IMG/VR virus record: IMGVR_UViG_3300035208_001463
Span: 32,001-96,000 of that record
Length of the DNA stretch: 64,000 nt
From: a virus
Lineage: Duplodnaviria > Caudoviricetes
Reading direction: 5' to 3' (one strand)
Positions within the stretch are counted from its first letter, which is position 1. Every line of letters starts with the position of its first letter. Below are positions 31,699 through 44,385 of the stretch, in pieces. Under the pieces are notes generated by a model that saw only the letters and a program-made list of their open reading frames with translations, made no database searches and was not told the DNA's origin. Position numbers and translations under genes: made by a program.

Positions 31699-34600
31699 TC
31701 ATGTTCCATCATTGTATTTTATTACCGCTTTAATAAGTTCCTTATCAAGTTCATCGGACTCCACATTACTATTTCCACCAATAACATGCAGCGCGTCTAT
31801 CTCTTCCATCATACACGAGATAAATTTTGCACAATTTGAACCATCGCATTTATAGCGTGGTTGGTGTGGGCATAATTTGTTAATGTATAAATCTGTGAGT
31901 TTCATTCTTTTTCTCATTCCTTTCTATGCTCAATAATAAATGCATCGTAGACTTCTCCTTCATTAAAATCGCAATCTTCTTCTGGAGGTATTTCGATTTC
32001 TTGGAGTTCTACAGTTTGATATATCTTTCCCCATGTTACTTCTTCAATTTCATCATTCCATTCGTCTCCAGATGCTTCTTCACGATACATTTCAATTATT
32101 TTAAGAAATTCATTATATGCAGCATCTTTAGTGGTAAATATCTGCATATTGTTATCCCAATCATAAACAAACCATTTTTCTTGTATTTCTTCGGGTTTAA
32201 TTGTTTGTGTAGTCATATTTTATTCCTTACCATTTTTAAATCTTTCTTGAATTTTATCCCATTCTTCATTGAATACATCTATAGTTTCATCGGACCAATT
32301 CGCTTCGTCACCATATTCCATCTCATAATCAGCAATCAATTCTATTTCATACAAATTTTTTTGTTGAGCAACAGTTTTTCCTTCAAGATTTTTCAAATTC
32401 ATTCCTTTTCCTCCATAACAATCCTGTAATCATTTGAATAGACTCTTCTGGGTTTTTCGTCACCAAACTGCACAATAACTTTTTGGTGGTGATTGCCTTT
32501 TTGATTAACGATCCCTTTGACTATTCCTATTGGATGAATTATATCAGGGTTGCCGGAACAATATTGTATACGGTCTCCCGGTTTGAAAGTTTGTTCTTCC
32601 ATTAGTTTTAACTCCGTTTATTAGGGGCAATTATCCCAATACATCCAAATACCATTAATATAACACATAGAACACAATCAAAATACAACCCAAAAATTAT
32701 AAAATCTTGAAATTTCAACGGTGCGATTATATTATTTGCTTCTATTGATACAAAATATACGATTAACATTGATGACAAACCATAAATATACCAGATCAAA
32801 CATTCCAATTCTGATTGTGGTTCCTTTAATATTTTAATAATCTGCTCGTGTGGATACAATGTCTCACTCATCTAAACACCTCCGGATTATCTTTCAAAAC
32901 TTGAAACAACTGCGTTGCCAGAGTTTGGATTACATGGTGTTTCATTTTAAGTTCATTCTCTTCATTAATGGCCTCGATCACTTCATGCAAAAGAGTTGCT
33001 AATGCCATATCAGGGCATAATGTTTCATCCAAGTGAATCACAGCAGACCCAAAAATGATTTTACCCGATGAATCAGTAACTTTAGAATCACATGGTATGA
33101 TTTTATAATGGATACCACCAACTTTAATTGTTTCGGGCATCATAGTAATGTCAAGCCTCCAACAACAGAATTGATTTTTTCATCTTCATCGGGTCCAATT
33201 GCAATGCATGTGAGAGTGTTTGGGGCAATTTGTGTAAGACCGAAATCGCGAACATAATGAACAGATAGATTTTTATTTTTTGCATTGTTGGCAATAATAT
33301 TGAGCGATTCTTCATTTGCAGTTTTTAGAACAATTTTCTTCTGCCCCTCATCATACCATTGTCCACCTTCAAGTGCGTTATCGGTTATTGTACGATATGC
33401 CATCACAGAAGCGTGGCCAACCTGCCCTGCTATTTTTCCACAAGACATTCCTAAATCTTTACGAACAACAATTGCCAATTTCATAAAAAGCATTATAGTA
33501 TACGTTGTGAAAGTATTTAATGGTTTTGTTTGATTAGACAAATCCCATTTTCTGTGTATGTTTGATTCAATAATCGTCCCAGTAATTCATTCTGCTCACT
33601 AATAAGTTCGTTTTGTTTTTCGAGTGCGATTTGGATGGCATTCAATTTTAATTTCATTGCGTTTGTTGCATAATAATTATAAGTAACAATACTATTTTGC
33701 TGCGCCCACAAATCATCCGCTTGTTTGTTTAAATCATAATATTCCTGTGGATATGTCACATTTTCCGCGCACACATGGGGTACAACAATCGCTATTATCA
33801 ACGCAATAATTAAAATTGGTAGTGACCTCATTTCATCAACTCCGGCTTCTCCTTCTTCATCCAGTTGATAAAATATTTTTGTTCTTCTTCTGACATTACA
33901 GATATATGATTATCAAGATTTAAAATTATAAATCCTTTATTATGTACACATTTTGTAATAATCATCTTTTCTTCTCCCATTCCGGAGGTGTATAAATTTT
34001 GGCAATCCATACACTACACCGTGTTGTTCCAACCTGATTGTAATTGGGCGAATTACAATTGTTGCAGAGTCCTTTTCCAGTACGCGCGCCACAGTTGTGG
34101 CATCCATCTCGTTCATTCATTGTCGTTGTCATCGTTTGACCTCCGGTAATATTCACATCCAAATATCATTGTGATTAATCTTCCACAAATACCAGTCGTC
34201 CCGTATTGATAAAAACACCCTTCTGGATCAAGGGATTTTTGGCGATTTTTACAATTATCACATGGGGAAATCATCTCTAATCCACCCTATTTATTACTAA
34301 TATGCTTTATTCCAGATATCATTTTAATCATTTCATCATAAATATGATTCAAATCTTCTTCAGATATTTCATTTGATTCGAGGCTTAAACGCGATACCAT
34401 ATAATTACCATATATCGATTTAACATACTCTTTGCCAATAGTGGTGTAGTCTCGCATTTCTAATTCACCGGATCCCATTTACTATCAAAGTATCCCTTTC
34501 TTACAATAGTGGCAATATCACCAACGTTCACGATTCCGCCAATATCATCAGCCTTGATCTCTTTACCATCCATAGCGAGAATGCGCTTGTTATTCTCATC

Positions 34601-36558
34601 AATTACGTATCCTTCATCGTCAATGCTTTTGTCGAAACAATAAAGAATTTCCTCTATTGATTCTTTGTCGAATGTTATTACTGGGTCGATCATTATTCCA
34701 TCTCTCCTTCAGATTCTATCCAATTTTTGATAATCTCATTTTTGTTAATATGTAGACGTTTCTGATCCCAATTTCCAAAAATCCCATTACAATGGATACT
34801 ATGTTCTGTCGAATTTACAACATCATAACATTCGCATCCATAACAACCATGTGAATCTTCAACGCAGACGAAACCCGTGTCATTTACGGGGCATGTCACG
34901 AAATGACGAGCTTTTAACTGAATACAGATTGTTTCTGGGTTGTTTCCATCAATATAATGGGGGTATTTGAATTTATGGAAATGTCTGGGGGTATCATCTG
35001 TGAACAACAATCCGGTTTTATTCTCCATTGTAATACTCCATATCTCTATTGGTGTTCATTATATAAATAAGTTATCAACGATACTCCTAAACACGTCGCT
35101 GCACTAATGATTGGAATTGCACTAATTAAAAATACCACAACCCCAACGATTTGACCAACAATAATACATTTTATTATAGTTGGCCACCAAATACCAATTT
35201 CGGGTTTGATACAAACATCATCAATTTTCTCAACATATCCGTTAAGAAGTGAATAAGATCCTCCTTTCTCACATTCGTATTTAACAACCTGTAGGTTCTG
35301 CGCGCATTCGGTGCAGGTTCCACAGTTTGTATGAATGGGGGTTGTGCGTGGCATGGTGGATCAAGGGATGATGGTGATGCAGGGGAGTGTGACTTCTGGG
35401 ATATATGGAGTGATACCAATACAAAACACAAGAATACCTAGTGCTACGCCCATACAACATGCTGGAACTAAAATAAACGGTAAATCATCACCACGGAAGT
35501 CTTTATAAATGCAATATAGTGATACTCCAAGTATCACCACCCCAACAACCGACATCATCCACGAAGCAACGGTGATGCAGGTCATTCCTCAATCACATCC
35601 GAATTATAGAGATATTCAAATTGTCGCATCTGATTAATTTTAGTTGCCATCTCTGCAATGGCGGGGTTTGGTTTTTCGCATTCTATTCCAATTTCGAGCC
35701 AATCCCAGAATTCATCGAGAATTCGATCCCTTACGATCTTCGAAACCATCTTATCACGATTTGTTTTATTACAGGTCATGAGTTGTCACCCCAGAAAAAT
35801 ATTCGCCCAACAATTCCGAGAAAAAATCCCGTTGCTAATGCTGTAACTACTATAAATTGCTGTGGTATCATTCCCGATCCAGATAATATACCGGACATCA
35901 GTGAGATTCCAACTACCACACTATAAATCAATGCTTTTCTATAGTTTGTCATGATTCTTCTTTCTCCACGGAATGTGGATTTTTATTCACACCCCAATCC
36001 GCCGTAAGATAATCCCATTGGGACAGCGCAATTATTAATTTCTCTTCTATTGTAGCATCCACTGATGCAATGTCTTTGATATATGCAATTACATCATCTT
36101 TTTCAAGATCTTCGCTATCAAAATGACGTAATGCTATCGCGCGACCCATCTGCATCATGTTTGTTTCTCGCGTACCCTTTATCCCCAAGTTTTTAGCAAT
36201 TTCTCTCCAACTCCAAATTGTTTTATCTGTCATGATTCCATCCACTTCCTTACTCCTTTCTTTACACCCCACAGATTAATTTTATCCGTGAGTGTAGCAG
36301 TTCCAAAAACAATTTTGCTGGGAACCCATACGATTCCAAACAGAGCAAATCCATCTTTGACTAGTGACCAGTTGATCATTTTTGTTCCTTCCTTACCCAC
36401 TTCGGTTCATTCTCATACCCACCACTTGGTAAAACCCCGAATGGGCAAGCATGGGGAAAATCTTCTTCCATTGCAATCGATGCAGTTAATTTACAGTTCA
36501 TATTACATTTCTTGCAAACGAATTTGTCTTTAACGACCATCTTTCTTTCACTCTCCAA
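31699..36558 (-). CDS. Long run of small hypothetical ORFs (acidic, Cys-rich or TM) on the minus strand
   Basis: Consecutive overlapping ORFs with RBSs. Confidence 0.55.
32868..33143 (-). CDS. Small zincin-like metallopeptidase-domain protein
   Basis: TLLHEVIEAI (HExxH variant). Confidence 0.5.
   Translation of the reverse strand: MMPETIKVGGIHYKIIPCDSKVTDSSGKIIFGSAVIHLDETLCPDMALATLLHEVIEAINEENELKMKHHVIQTLATQLFQVLKDNPEVFR
33140..33541 (-). CDS. pth2: Peptidyl-tRNA hydrolase Pth2 (start probably 33484)
   Basis: IVVRKDLGMS.GKIA.QVGHA, GQKKIVLK, VRD.GLTQI.P.T.T..AIGP. Confidence 0.92.
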   Translation of the reverse strand: MSNQTKPLNTFTTYTIMLFMKLAIVVRKDLGMSCGKIAGQVGHASVMAYRTITDNALEGGQWYDEGQKKIVLKTANEESLNIIANNAKNKNLSVHYVRDFGLTQIAPNTLTCIAIGPDEDEKINSVVGGLTLL

Positions 36559-36592
36559 ATTTTTCCTTATACCATAATTGTCTCAATACTAT

Positions 36593-36994
36593 TTATACCT
36601 TCCCACGCGCGCGTTCTACAAGTAATTTCTCCCTGCATTCCGGACAACGAAATGCGAGAATACGAATATTCATTTCTGCCATTTCTTTGCGACGTTCTGA
36701 TGTAAAGTCTTGGTATAATTCCCTGTATTTTTCATGTAGTTTAATATCCTCTTCCGTTGGAACTTTGTAGTGCCAATCAAGACCACGCGCTTTGTATTCT
36801 TCTACACATTCAACAACGCGCTCGTTTAAGAATTGCAGATCTACACAACCATGATCTACATACCCCTTGATTGAATTACCCTTTCGCATCGAAGGCATAA
36901 GTAGGTTGTTATATTCTGCGAGTATAGAATTTAAGTGTTTGTTACATAAGCAATGGAACGGACAGCCCGGAAACAAATTTACGATTTTAATCAC
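36593..36994 (-). CDS. Possible pyrimidine-dimer DNA glycosylase (T4 endonuclease V)-like protein
   Basis: LCNKHL...AEY and L.ER....EEYKARG pattern. Confidence 0.4.
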   Translation of the reverse strand: MIKIVNLFPGCPFHCLCNKHLNSILAEYNNLLMPSMRKGNSIKGYVDHGCVDLQFLNERVVECVEEYKARGLDWHYKVPTEEDIKLHEKYRELYQDFTSERRKEMAEMNIRILAFRCPECREKLLVERARGKV

Positions 36995-37709
36995 CTCTCG
37001 CTTTCATCACATCTACCAATTTCTTTGCAGATAAATATTGGTCAGCGGCTTCTTTTTCAAATTCGAAATACCCCAGATGATATGTTTTGTTTTTAAACCT
37101 TATAAATACCTGCCATTTCTTCATATCTTTCCTCCACGCAACACCACGGTATTTGCTTGTTTTTGATAGTGATTTGTTAATGCCCAAAAGACAGTTATAG
37201 GGAAAATTATTTTTATTTAAAAGTTTTTCTTCATCGGTCATATCATTCATCTTTTCACATATCATAATATATGTAGAACGCGCAAGTTCTTCGGATTTAA
37301 ACGAACCGAGATGATAAGTTTTATTATTATATTTTATTTGAGACATCCATCTTTTACTTTTATTACACCAATAAACGCCCGGATATCTACTTGTTTTTTC
37401 TATATGTAAATTTTGAGCATTTTCGCGATTTGTTACAACTCTCAAATTTTCTTTTCTATTATCAAGACCGTCCCCATTTATATGATCGATTTGCATTTTT
37501 TCTGGGGGATTCATTATAAAACGATGCATCTTTATACCTTTTCTTAATCCACTTTCTTTATCAACAGATTTTCGTATTGCATAATACGTATTTCTATGTT
37601 TATTAGCATGCCATTTATATTTATTTAATTCTTCATAATCTTCATCATCTACCAAAGCAATCTTTCCCATGGTAAGCATTATTTCTTTTGTTATATTAAT
37701 TCCCCCCAC
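36987..37709 (-). CDS. HNH endonuclease with two AP2 domains
   Basis: DHINGDGLDNRKENLR; YPGVYW; YRGVAW; paralog of 30952-31581. Confidence 0.9.
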   Translation of the reverse strand: MGGINITKEIMLTMGKIALVDDEDYEELNKYKWHANKHRNTYYAIRKSVDKESGLRKGIKMHRFIMNPPEKMQIDHINGDGLDNRKENLRVVTNRENAQNLHIEKTSRYPGVYWCNKSKRWMSQIKYNNKTYHLGSFKSEELARSTYIMICEKMNDMTDEEKLLNKNNFPYNCLLGINKSLSKTSKYRGVAWRKDMKKWQVFIRFKNKTYHLGYFEFEKEAADQYLSAKKLVDVMKARGD

Positions 37710-38320
37710 TCATTCAGATATTTCGTTTTCATTATATTGATTTGTTCTCTTGTAAAAACTATACCGAGATAATTTTCGACAATGGTATCTTGATTGTGAC
37801 CCATACTAGCTTGTATATATGCCTGTTTTTCTGGATAACATGCTACAAGCCAACTCACCAATGTTTTTCTAAACATTTTCTCGGTCATACCATCAGCCCC
37901 AATTCCAGCACGAACGGCATATCGTTTCATAGCATCTCTAAATGCAACACGATGGGGTATTCTTTCATATGCCATGATTTCTTTCCCTTTAAATTTTACC
38001 TTTTCACTAATCAACGTATCAAATGCATCACACCCGGCAAGTGAAAGTTTGATGGTTCTGTTTTTGTATAAACACTTTTCTTTTAAACAAGCACCTTCTG
38101 GAAGTTCAATTACTCTACGCGATCCACGATACCAAGACGGTTTGAACCTAGACAATTCCACGGGTCTCATACCGGAAAGCAATGCCGCGTCACAAATTAT
38201 TTGGTAATATCTAGGCATCTGTGCACGTAACAATTCGTAATCACTGGGTGTTAATACCCGAGCACCTTGTTTTAAAATAATGTCACTCATTAATATAAAC
38301 TCCTTTTTATATAACAACAC
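37691..38320 (-). CDS. Tyrosine recombinase, catalytic domain only (start probably 38290)
   Basis: SGMRPVEL (R), KMFRKT (K/HxxR), MGH...ENY (H, Y). Confidence 0.85.
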   Translation of the reverse strand: MLLYKKEFILMSDIILKQGARVLTPSDYELLRAQMPRYYQIICDAALLSGMRPVELSRFKPSWYRGSRRVIELPEGACLKEKCLYKNRTIKLSLAGCDAFDTLISEKVKFKGKEIMAYERIPHRVAFRDAMKRYAVRAGIGADGMTEKMFRKTLVSWLVACYPEKQAYIQASMGHNQDTIVENYLGIVFTREQINIMKTKYLNEWGELI

Positions 38321-38441
38321 ATATCATAATTGGTTGTTCCAAAAATATATATTTTTTGTTATACGAACTATAATTAGTATCTGTTCGTATTTAAACCTTT
38401 CGTTATGTTCGTATTTCATTTTTAATGCTGTTTTACGGTAT

Positions 38442-38473
38442 AATACGAACAGGAAGTAGTGCCTGTTCGTATT
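38442..38473. promoter_or_regulatory. Putative recombinase crossover site: 12-bp perfect inverted arms around an 8-bp asymmetric spacer
   Basis: AATACGAACAGG-aagtagtg-CCTGTTCGTATT; related site at 38361-38390 and half-site at 38407-38415. Confidence 0.65.
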
Positions 38474-38637
38474 TGAAAATTTTAAACGCGCGTATTAAGC
38501 GTGATCCAAGTTTTCAATTTTCCAAAAACTTATGCAAGAATTTACCAACAAATTTCAAAACACCAAAAATTCAAAACCAAAGCACGCTATTTGGGATCTG
38601 TTTCTACCACTCTTGTTGGTATCGGAAAGTTGCGACT

Positions 38638-40614
38638 AACACGCGTATAGTAAACTATAAATAGTTTTGAGTTTCATAGTAGTATGTAGCAAAAATTAAG
38701 GAGTGAAAGAAGATGGTAACAATCGTTCAGAAACAAAGGATATGGGAATGCCACAACTACGATCTGACACCAGAACAATTTAAAGAATATAAAAAACTTC
38801 CAAAGGAGGAACGACCAAACTTCCTTGATAACATCGGTGGAAGTGGTGCAGAATATGAGAACGAAGAAGTATTCAAGTATGAGGTTATAAAATGAAACCC
38901 ACTCGTGCACAAATCAAATCACAGATGAAGAAAGTGAATAAACTCGCATGCAAATCTCTAGAAGAGTCTATGAAATTTAATAAAATGTGCGAAGAATACT
39001 ATGGAGAAGAAAATTATTCCGACAATGATCTCGATCAGATCATTGACTGCCTTGATTACGGGCAGGGTGAAATGAACTTCGAAGAGTTTGATGAACTGAT
39101 GAAAGAAATCAACTCGGACGCGTATTAGAAAGATATATATACTTACAAGTTTCATATAGTAATGTAACAGAAAACAAAGGAGTGGGAGAAGATGGTAACA
39201 AGAAAGCAAGTCCTCGCACAAATCAAAAAGATGGGATGCACCGTGGATGAAGAAAATCAAGATGGTGATCTTCTTGTAATCGATGCTCCAAAAGGAAAAG
39301 TGTTTGCTTGCAGTGGAACACATTGTCTTGTGGAGCCGCTTACTGATGAATTTAACCCGGAACTCAAACGATCTGATGCTTACAAAGAAATCATAAAAAA
39401 TCTAACATTTAAAAATTTACAATCTGTAAATGGGCTTATGGACTGTAAAGACCCGGAATGTGACATCTGTCACACGGGGGATGAGGAATGACAAAAACAA
39501 AACATTTTACCTTCTGTAATGATGAACTAATCGACGACCCTGTAACACAATCATATATTAACGATCCCAGAGCAAAACATATTCTTAATCGTATACACGA
39601 TTATAATCATTTTGGGATGCGTAGAAGCGGAAAATGTGGACGACACCCATCATCTCATATGCGTATAACACCGCAATCACTCAAACTGGCAGAAAAAGTC
39701 AAATCTGATACGGGGATGGAAGTATTCCCAGCTCAACGTGGAAATAGTGTTGCTAATATCTACGGTGAAGGCGGTAGCACGTGGGAAATGTATGTTATTG
39801 CATGGGAAAATCGCCCATGTATCGGCACTCTTGGAAGTGATTATACTGTTCGAGAGTTGATTACTTGTAAAGGCAAATTTGAAATAGACACATTATCTGG
39901 GGGAGATTATGAACTTATACCGTGCCAAAAAGATCAAGATCGATTATATAAACTTCGTGTAAAACGATTGAATAAGATAGCAGAACGCAATATTAAAATT
40001 ATAAATGATCGTACAGATGCCAATTTAGCAAAATTATCTGATGAAGACTATAAGAAAATAACTGGCAGAGAAAGAGGATCAACATGACCACCCAAATAAT
40101 CTACACCCCACACAATCCCCCGACCAAGGGGGTTGCGAAGAAGATATGGGATGTGTTAGTAGCAAATAATCTTGACCCGAAAAACCTTCATTATAACAAG
40201 GGGTGAATGGGAATAAATGGCGGAGGCACATGGGCTTGTGAACTTGGAAACCCGGAAAAATATACTAATTCCCTTCGTGATTACTTTGGAAACCTCTGTG
40301 GTATATTCGAAAAAACACTCGTGTATATACAAAGTTTAACCGCTCCATATGATATGGTGTACGTTGGATTTACAACACGTAAATGCCCATTCAAAACTAG
40401 AACCGAATGTTCTTATTATTATTTAACCAATAGAGATATGCTACTAGAAAATGACTGCCCATCAACATGTGATGCTGGAACCGATGAATTCCTTATACAG
40501 AGAAACGAAGAATATGAGAGGGTTAAAAAGAACTAACACGCGTCCTAGAAAGATATAAATACTTGGCAGTTCCATAGTAATATGTAACAAAAATTAAAGG
40601 AGTGAAGAAACATG
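38638..40614 (+). promoter_or_regulatory. Three copies of a ~75-bp promoter/leader cassette (38638-38715, 39118-39194, 40535-40614)
   Basis: ACGCGT..(G)AAA.(A)TATA(A/T)ATA..AGTT(T/C)CATA..ATGTA(A/G)CA..AAGGAGTG..ATG in each copy. Confidence 0.75.
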
Positions 40615-41699
40615 ATGTCACCACAAACTATTAGAAACTGGTTAAACACCGTGGATGAGCAAGGAGAACATCTTGGTTGGAAAGATTATAAAGCATATCG
40701 AAATCATATGCTGAACAAAATTGCTTCTGAAGACCGTGAAGATATTCTCGATTACTTGGAAGATTATGAAGAGGACTGATCTAACATGACCGGAATCTAT
40801 CTGGAAGACGGAACAAGCATCCACTTCATTCAGGATCGTTATACAATCCACTTCGAAGGTATGACTGTAGTATTCTTACTTAAGAAGGAATGTGAACACC
40901 CGCGTAGGGAAAGTAAGATTGTGCTCGACTACACAAACAAGACTGCTTACTTTGAGTGGGCAGATGGACACAATGAGACCGTGAAGTTTAAGGGGATGAT
41001 CTAACATGGTAGATAAACTAGAAAACTTTCTGAATTGTCAATGCTCCGATTGCAAAACAATCCCGTGTCCAATTTATGATGCATTAGTTGCAACAATAGG
41101 GTATTCCAATGATGTATCAACCATTCGAGACAACATTATGAAAAATAAAATTTGTCTGGTAAAAACGGTGAGGAGAAACTAACATGACCCCAAACTTCTG
41201 CAAAACATATTTCGACACGCAGAGTGTTGAAATCATTGGAATGAAGATTAAACAGACAAAGAAAGAAGAAAAACCAATCGCACCAATCATTGTGGCGAAG
41301 GAGTATTAAAATGTTCTACGGCGAACTTTCAACAAAAGAATTCAATGACGATGATGATATGACTACAAATCAAGGCGTGTATATCGAAGACGATAAAGAA
41401 GAATCATCAGAAATCAACGCGCTTTTGGATTATTATGGAGAATATTAATTATGACCACAGACAAAACCCCAACCCCCGAAATCATTATCGAAAAATACGA
41501 CAAAAATTACTACCACGCGCGTATTAAAGACACGAAGTATTCAACCAGCGATAGCGAAATCTACACTACTATCGGAAGATTGGTGTTTGAACACCAAGAT
41601 CTTTTTAATGTGAAGATTACTGTTGAATCTAAAGACCCACCAAAGAAGAAACGCGGTGGTGGATTGTTTAATACGAATCCGGGATCTTCGTTGCCATAG
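38713..41699 (+). CDS. Cluster of small hypothetical ORFs (38713, 38892, 39192, 39488, 40207, 40612, 40786, 41451), probably early genes
   Basis: Driven by the repeated promoter cassettes; many are acidic. Confidence 0.55.
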
Positions 41700-41734
41700 A
41701 TACATTATTAAACTTTTAAAACAAATACCATATC

Positions 41735-42442
41735 ATGTCTAAAAGTTTCACAATCGGTGATCTTCACGGTCGCGCCCCCGCGCTTATCGAAGTATTGGAT
41801 AAGTGCAACTTCGATAAAGACCACGATAATTTAATTGTTCTTGGTGATATCGTTGATGGATATCCGTGGGTAAAGGAATGTTTTGATGTATTGGATATGA
41901 TTAAGAACAAGGTAATAATTGCCGGTAATCATGACTATTTATGGTTCCTCAACTGGTGCAAGACCGGTCAAGAACTCCCCGTCTGGGTTCATCAAGGAGG
42001 ATACGCCACATTGCGTTCCTACGACTTCGATAACAAAAATGTTCCCGAATCCCACGTCAAAATGATAGAGACTTCGAAGATCTACCACATAGACAATAAT
42101 AAGAATCTCTACTGTCACGGTGGATTCAATCCAAAAGTTCCCATTGAACAACAAACCCCCGATTTTATTCTGTGGGATCGAACACTTTGTAAATACGCAC
42201 ACGACAGGTGGATTCAAAAGAATCCTGTGAATATCGAACCATATAAGAAGATCTTTGTTGGACACACGAGTACCATGCTTTTTCATTCAACGCGCCCATT
42301 AATTATGGGTAACGTAATTATGCTCGATACCGGAGGCGGTGATATTGGGAAATTAACGATTATGAATGTTGATACATTAGAATGGTGGCAAAGTGATAAG
42401 AAAACGAAACTTAATACAAGTGGTGTTAAGTCCGGAAATTAA
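41735..42442 (+). CDS. Metallophosphoesterase, lambda NinI/PphA-like Ser/Thr phosphatase family
   Basis: GDLHG, LGDIVD, GNHD, CHGG, LWDR, VGHT, DTG. Confidence 0.9.
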   Translation: MSKSFTIGDLHGRAPALIEVLDKCNFDKDHDNLIVLGDIVDGYPWVKECFDVLDMIKNKVIIAGNHDYLWFLNWCKTGQELPVWVHQGGYATLRSYDFDNKNVPESHVKMIETSKIYHIDNNKNLYCHGGFNPKVPIEQQTPDFILWDRTLCKYAHDRWIQKNPVNIEPYKKIFVGHTSTMLFHSTRPLIMGNVIMLDTGGGDIGKLTIMNVDTLEWWQSDKKTKLNTSGVKSGN

Positions 42443-43139
42443 TATGGTTGTAGTGTGATTAAAATGAAGTTATACGGAGAAATTGAGTTAAGCGGTATCA
42501 CAAAGATTGTGATTAACCGCACAGTTGTTTGGGAACGAGAGAATGAAATATGGGTAAAAAAGGCAGGTGGGGGGAAGTTTGTATATAATGAAGATAACAG
42601 GATCATCAAACTTCCACATGAAATGATGTGGCATGTTAACAGGCTCTTAGCGTGCAGTATTAAAGATCCAGTGTTGGAGATGATTGGCATTAAAGAAAAT
42701 GCGTATAAGGCGTGGCCTGCTGGAAATACTTTAAATGTGTGTAGAAAAGATTTGGTGAGGAAGGAAGAATGAAGAAGAAATCCTTGAAATATATGGAATG
42801 TTTGCACCACGAGATTTGTTGTCAAAATGAAATGTTTAACGGTTGTGGTATCAAATGCAAAAATTTCTTATATTCCCGCCAAGATCATCTACGCAATCAA
42901 ATCGAAATGAGTAAAAATATAATTGTGCCATACAATTACAGTATTGTTTTTGATCCGGAAGTTAGTCTCTTTAGATTTGGTGGTGAAATAAATGGAAGAT
43001 GGATATATGGAAGTATATCTTGAAGACTACAATGCAAAAACACATCTTATTAAAAAGCAAGAGGAAGAAATTCGCAATTTGAAGAAAAAGATCTCTGATT
43101 TGGAAAAAGAATTACACAAAGTTTATAAAAAATAAAAGA

Positions 43140-43685
43140 TTAATTTTTATTATTATTCTCTTTTACCTCATTTCCCCACAAATCCCAACCAGATCTTTCT
43201 TCTCTAGCAAAAAGTTCTATCTTCGGATTTAAATTTTGAATTGCTGGCTCTATTAATTCAAAAAATTCTTCTGGTTTTTGCGAATGATTTCTCACTTTAG
43301 ATTGAATAAAATTTGGTTTTTGTAGACGAAATGCTTTGACATTTCCTTTAATACCCACAAGACATTCTTCTACCTGACCACGGAACCAATATCCCATTCC
43401 AAGAGACATTATTTTACGCCAATATATCTTCGTTTTGTACTTAAATCCCCACGTATCCATAACTTTCGGTGGATAATCTGCTAATGGGGTTGTTCCCCAC
43501 AAGAAAAGAACACAATTCTTTTCACAAATAGTGGGGATCGGAAGCGCGCATATTTCTTCTAAAGACATCGTTGGATACTTTTCACTTGAACCAGATTTCA
43601 TTGATCCGCCAGTGTTTTTATTACGGTATTGCCAAGGCGGATCTGCGACGATCACGCTGTATTTCTTATCGGGAAATTGGATCAT
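43140..43685 (-). CDS. MT-A70 family (probably N6-adenine) methyltransferase
   Basis: VIVADPPW, Y.TM, LFLW, G.GYWFR..E, HSQKP, IELFAR, GW..WGNE. Confidence 0.92.
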   Translation of the reverse strand: MIQFPDKKYSVIVADPPWQYRNKNTGGSMKSGSSEKYPTMSLEEICALPIPTICEKNCVLFLWGTTPLADYPPKVMDTWGFKYKTKIYWRKIMSLGMGYWFRGQVEECLVGIKGNVKAFRLQKPNFIQSKVRNHSQKPEEFFELIEPAIQNLNPKIELFAREERSGWDLWGNEVKENNNKN

Positions 43686-44088
43686 ATTACCTCAATTTAC
43701 GGCCCTTCCGGGCGGAGTTTGCACACTTCACACAATGATAAATCGCCCCATCCCTATTCTGTGCCTTTCTTCGCTTTGCATCGCTTGCTTGTATCTTAAA
43801 TCGTTTCTTACAATAGGAACAAAATACCCAGATCATACAATATCACCCGCTATAATAGCATAAATCCCCGACACCGTAAACACCAGATACATAATCACCA
43901 GTGCCATATAGCTCAATCCACCATCCCACCATTTCTTATGACCACCAATTGCCCATAATAGAAGTATAGGATTTGATATCATCCACACGAGAATGGCAAG
44001 GTTGTGGTGAAGCCATAGTGAATTAACTAAAGTTCCTATAATACCTATTGCCGATCCAACAATAGATAGAACAGAACCAATCTGCGTT

Positions 44089-44385
44089 TTATTCATATAT
44101 ACCCAACATCTTCTTAATGCGTTTCTCTTTTATATCCATTTCGCATTTAACTCTCACTGTATATTCCGCGTCGTGTTTGAGCATCATAATATCGATTTGC
44201 TCTAACATAATACGCACGTCTGCTTCTTCTTCCGCGATGGATTTGATACGCGACGGATCATCTTCGTTGCGTTTATATTTTGAAATTGCCTTAATCAATT
44301 CAGAACATTCTTCGATAGCAATATCTAATTGTTTTGATTCACCATATTTCTGAATCATTTGTTCTAGGAGTTTTTGGGAGATCAT
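44089..44385 (-). CDS. MazG-like NTP pyrophosphohydrolase
   Basis: IEECSEL..AI.K...EEEADV. Confidence 0.75.
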   Translation of the reverse strand: MISQKLLEQMIQKYGESKQLDIAIEECSELIKAISKYKRNEDDPSRIKSIAEEEADVRIMLEQIDIMMLKHDAEYTVRVKCEMDIKEKRIKKMLGIYE

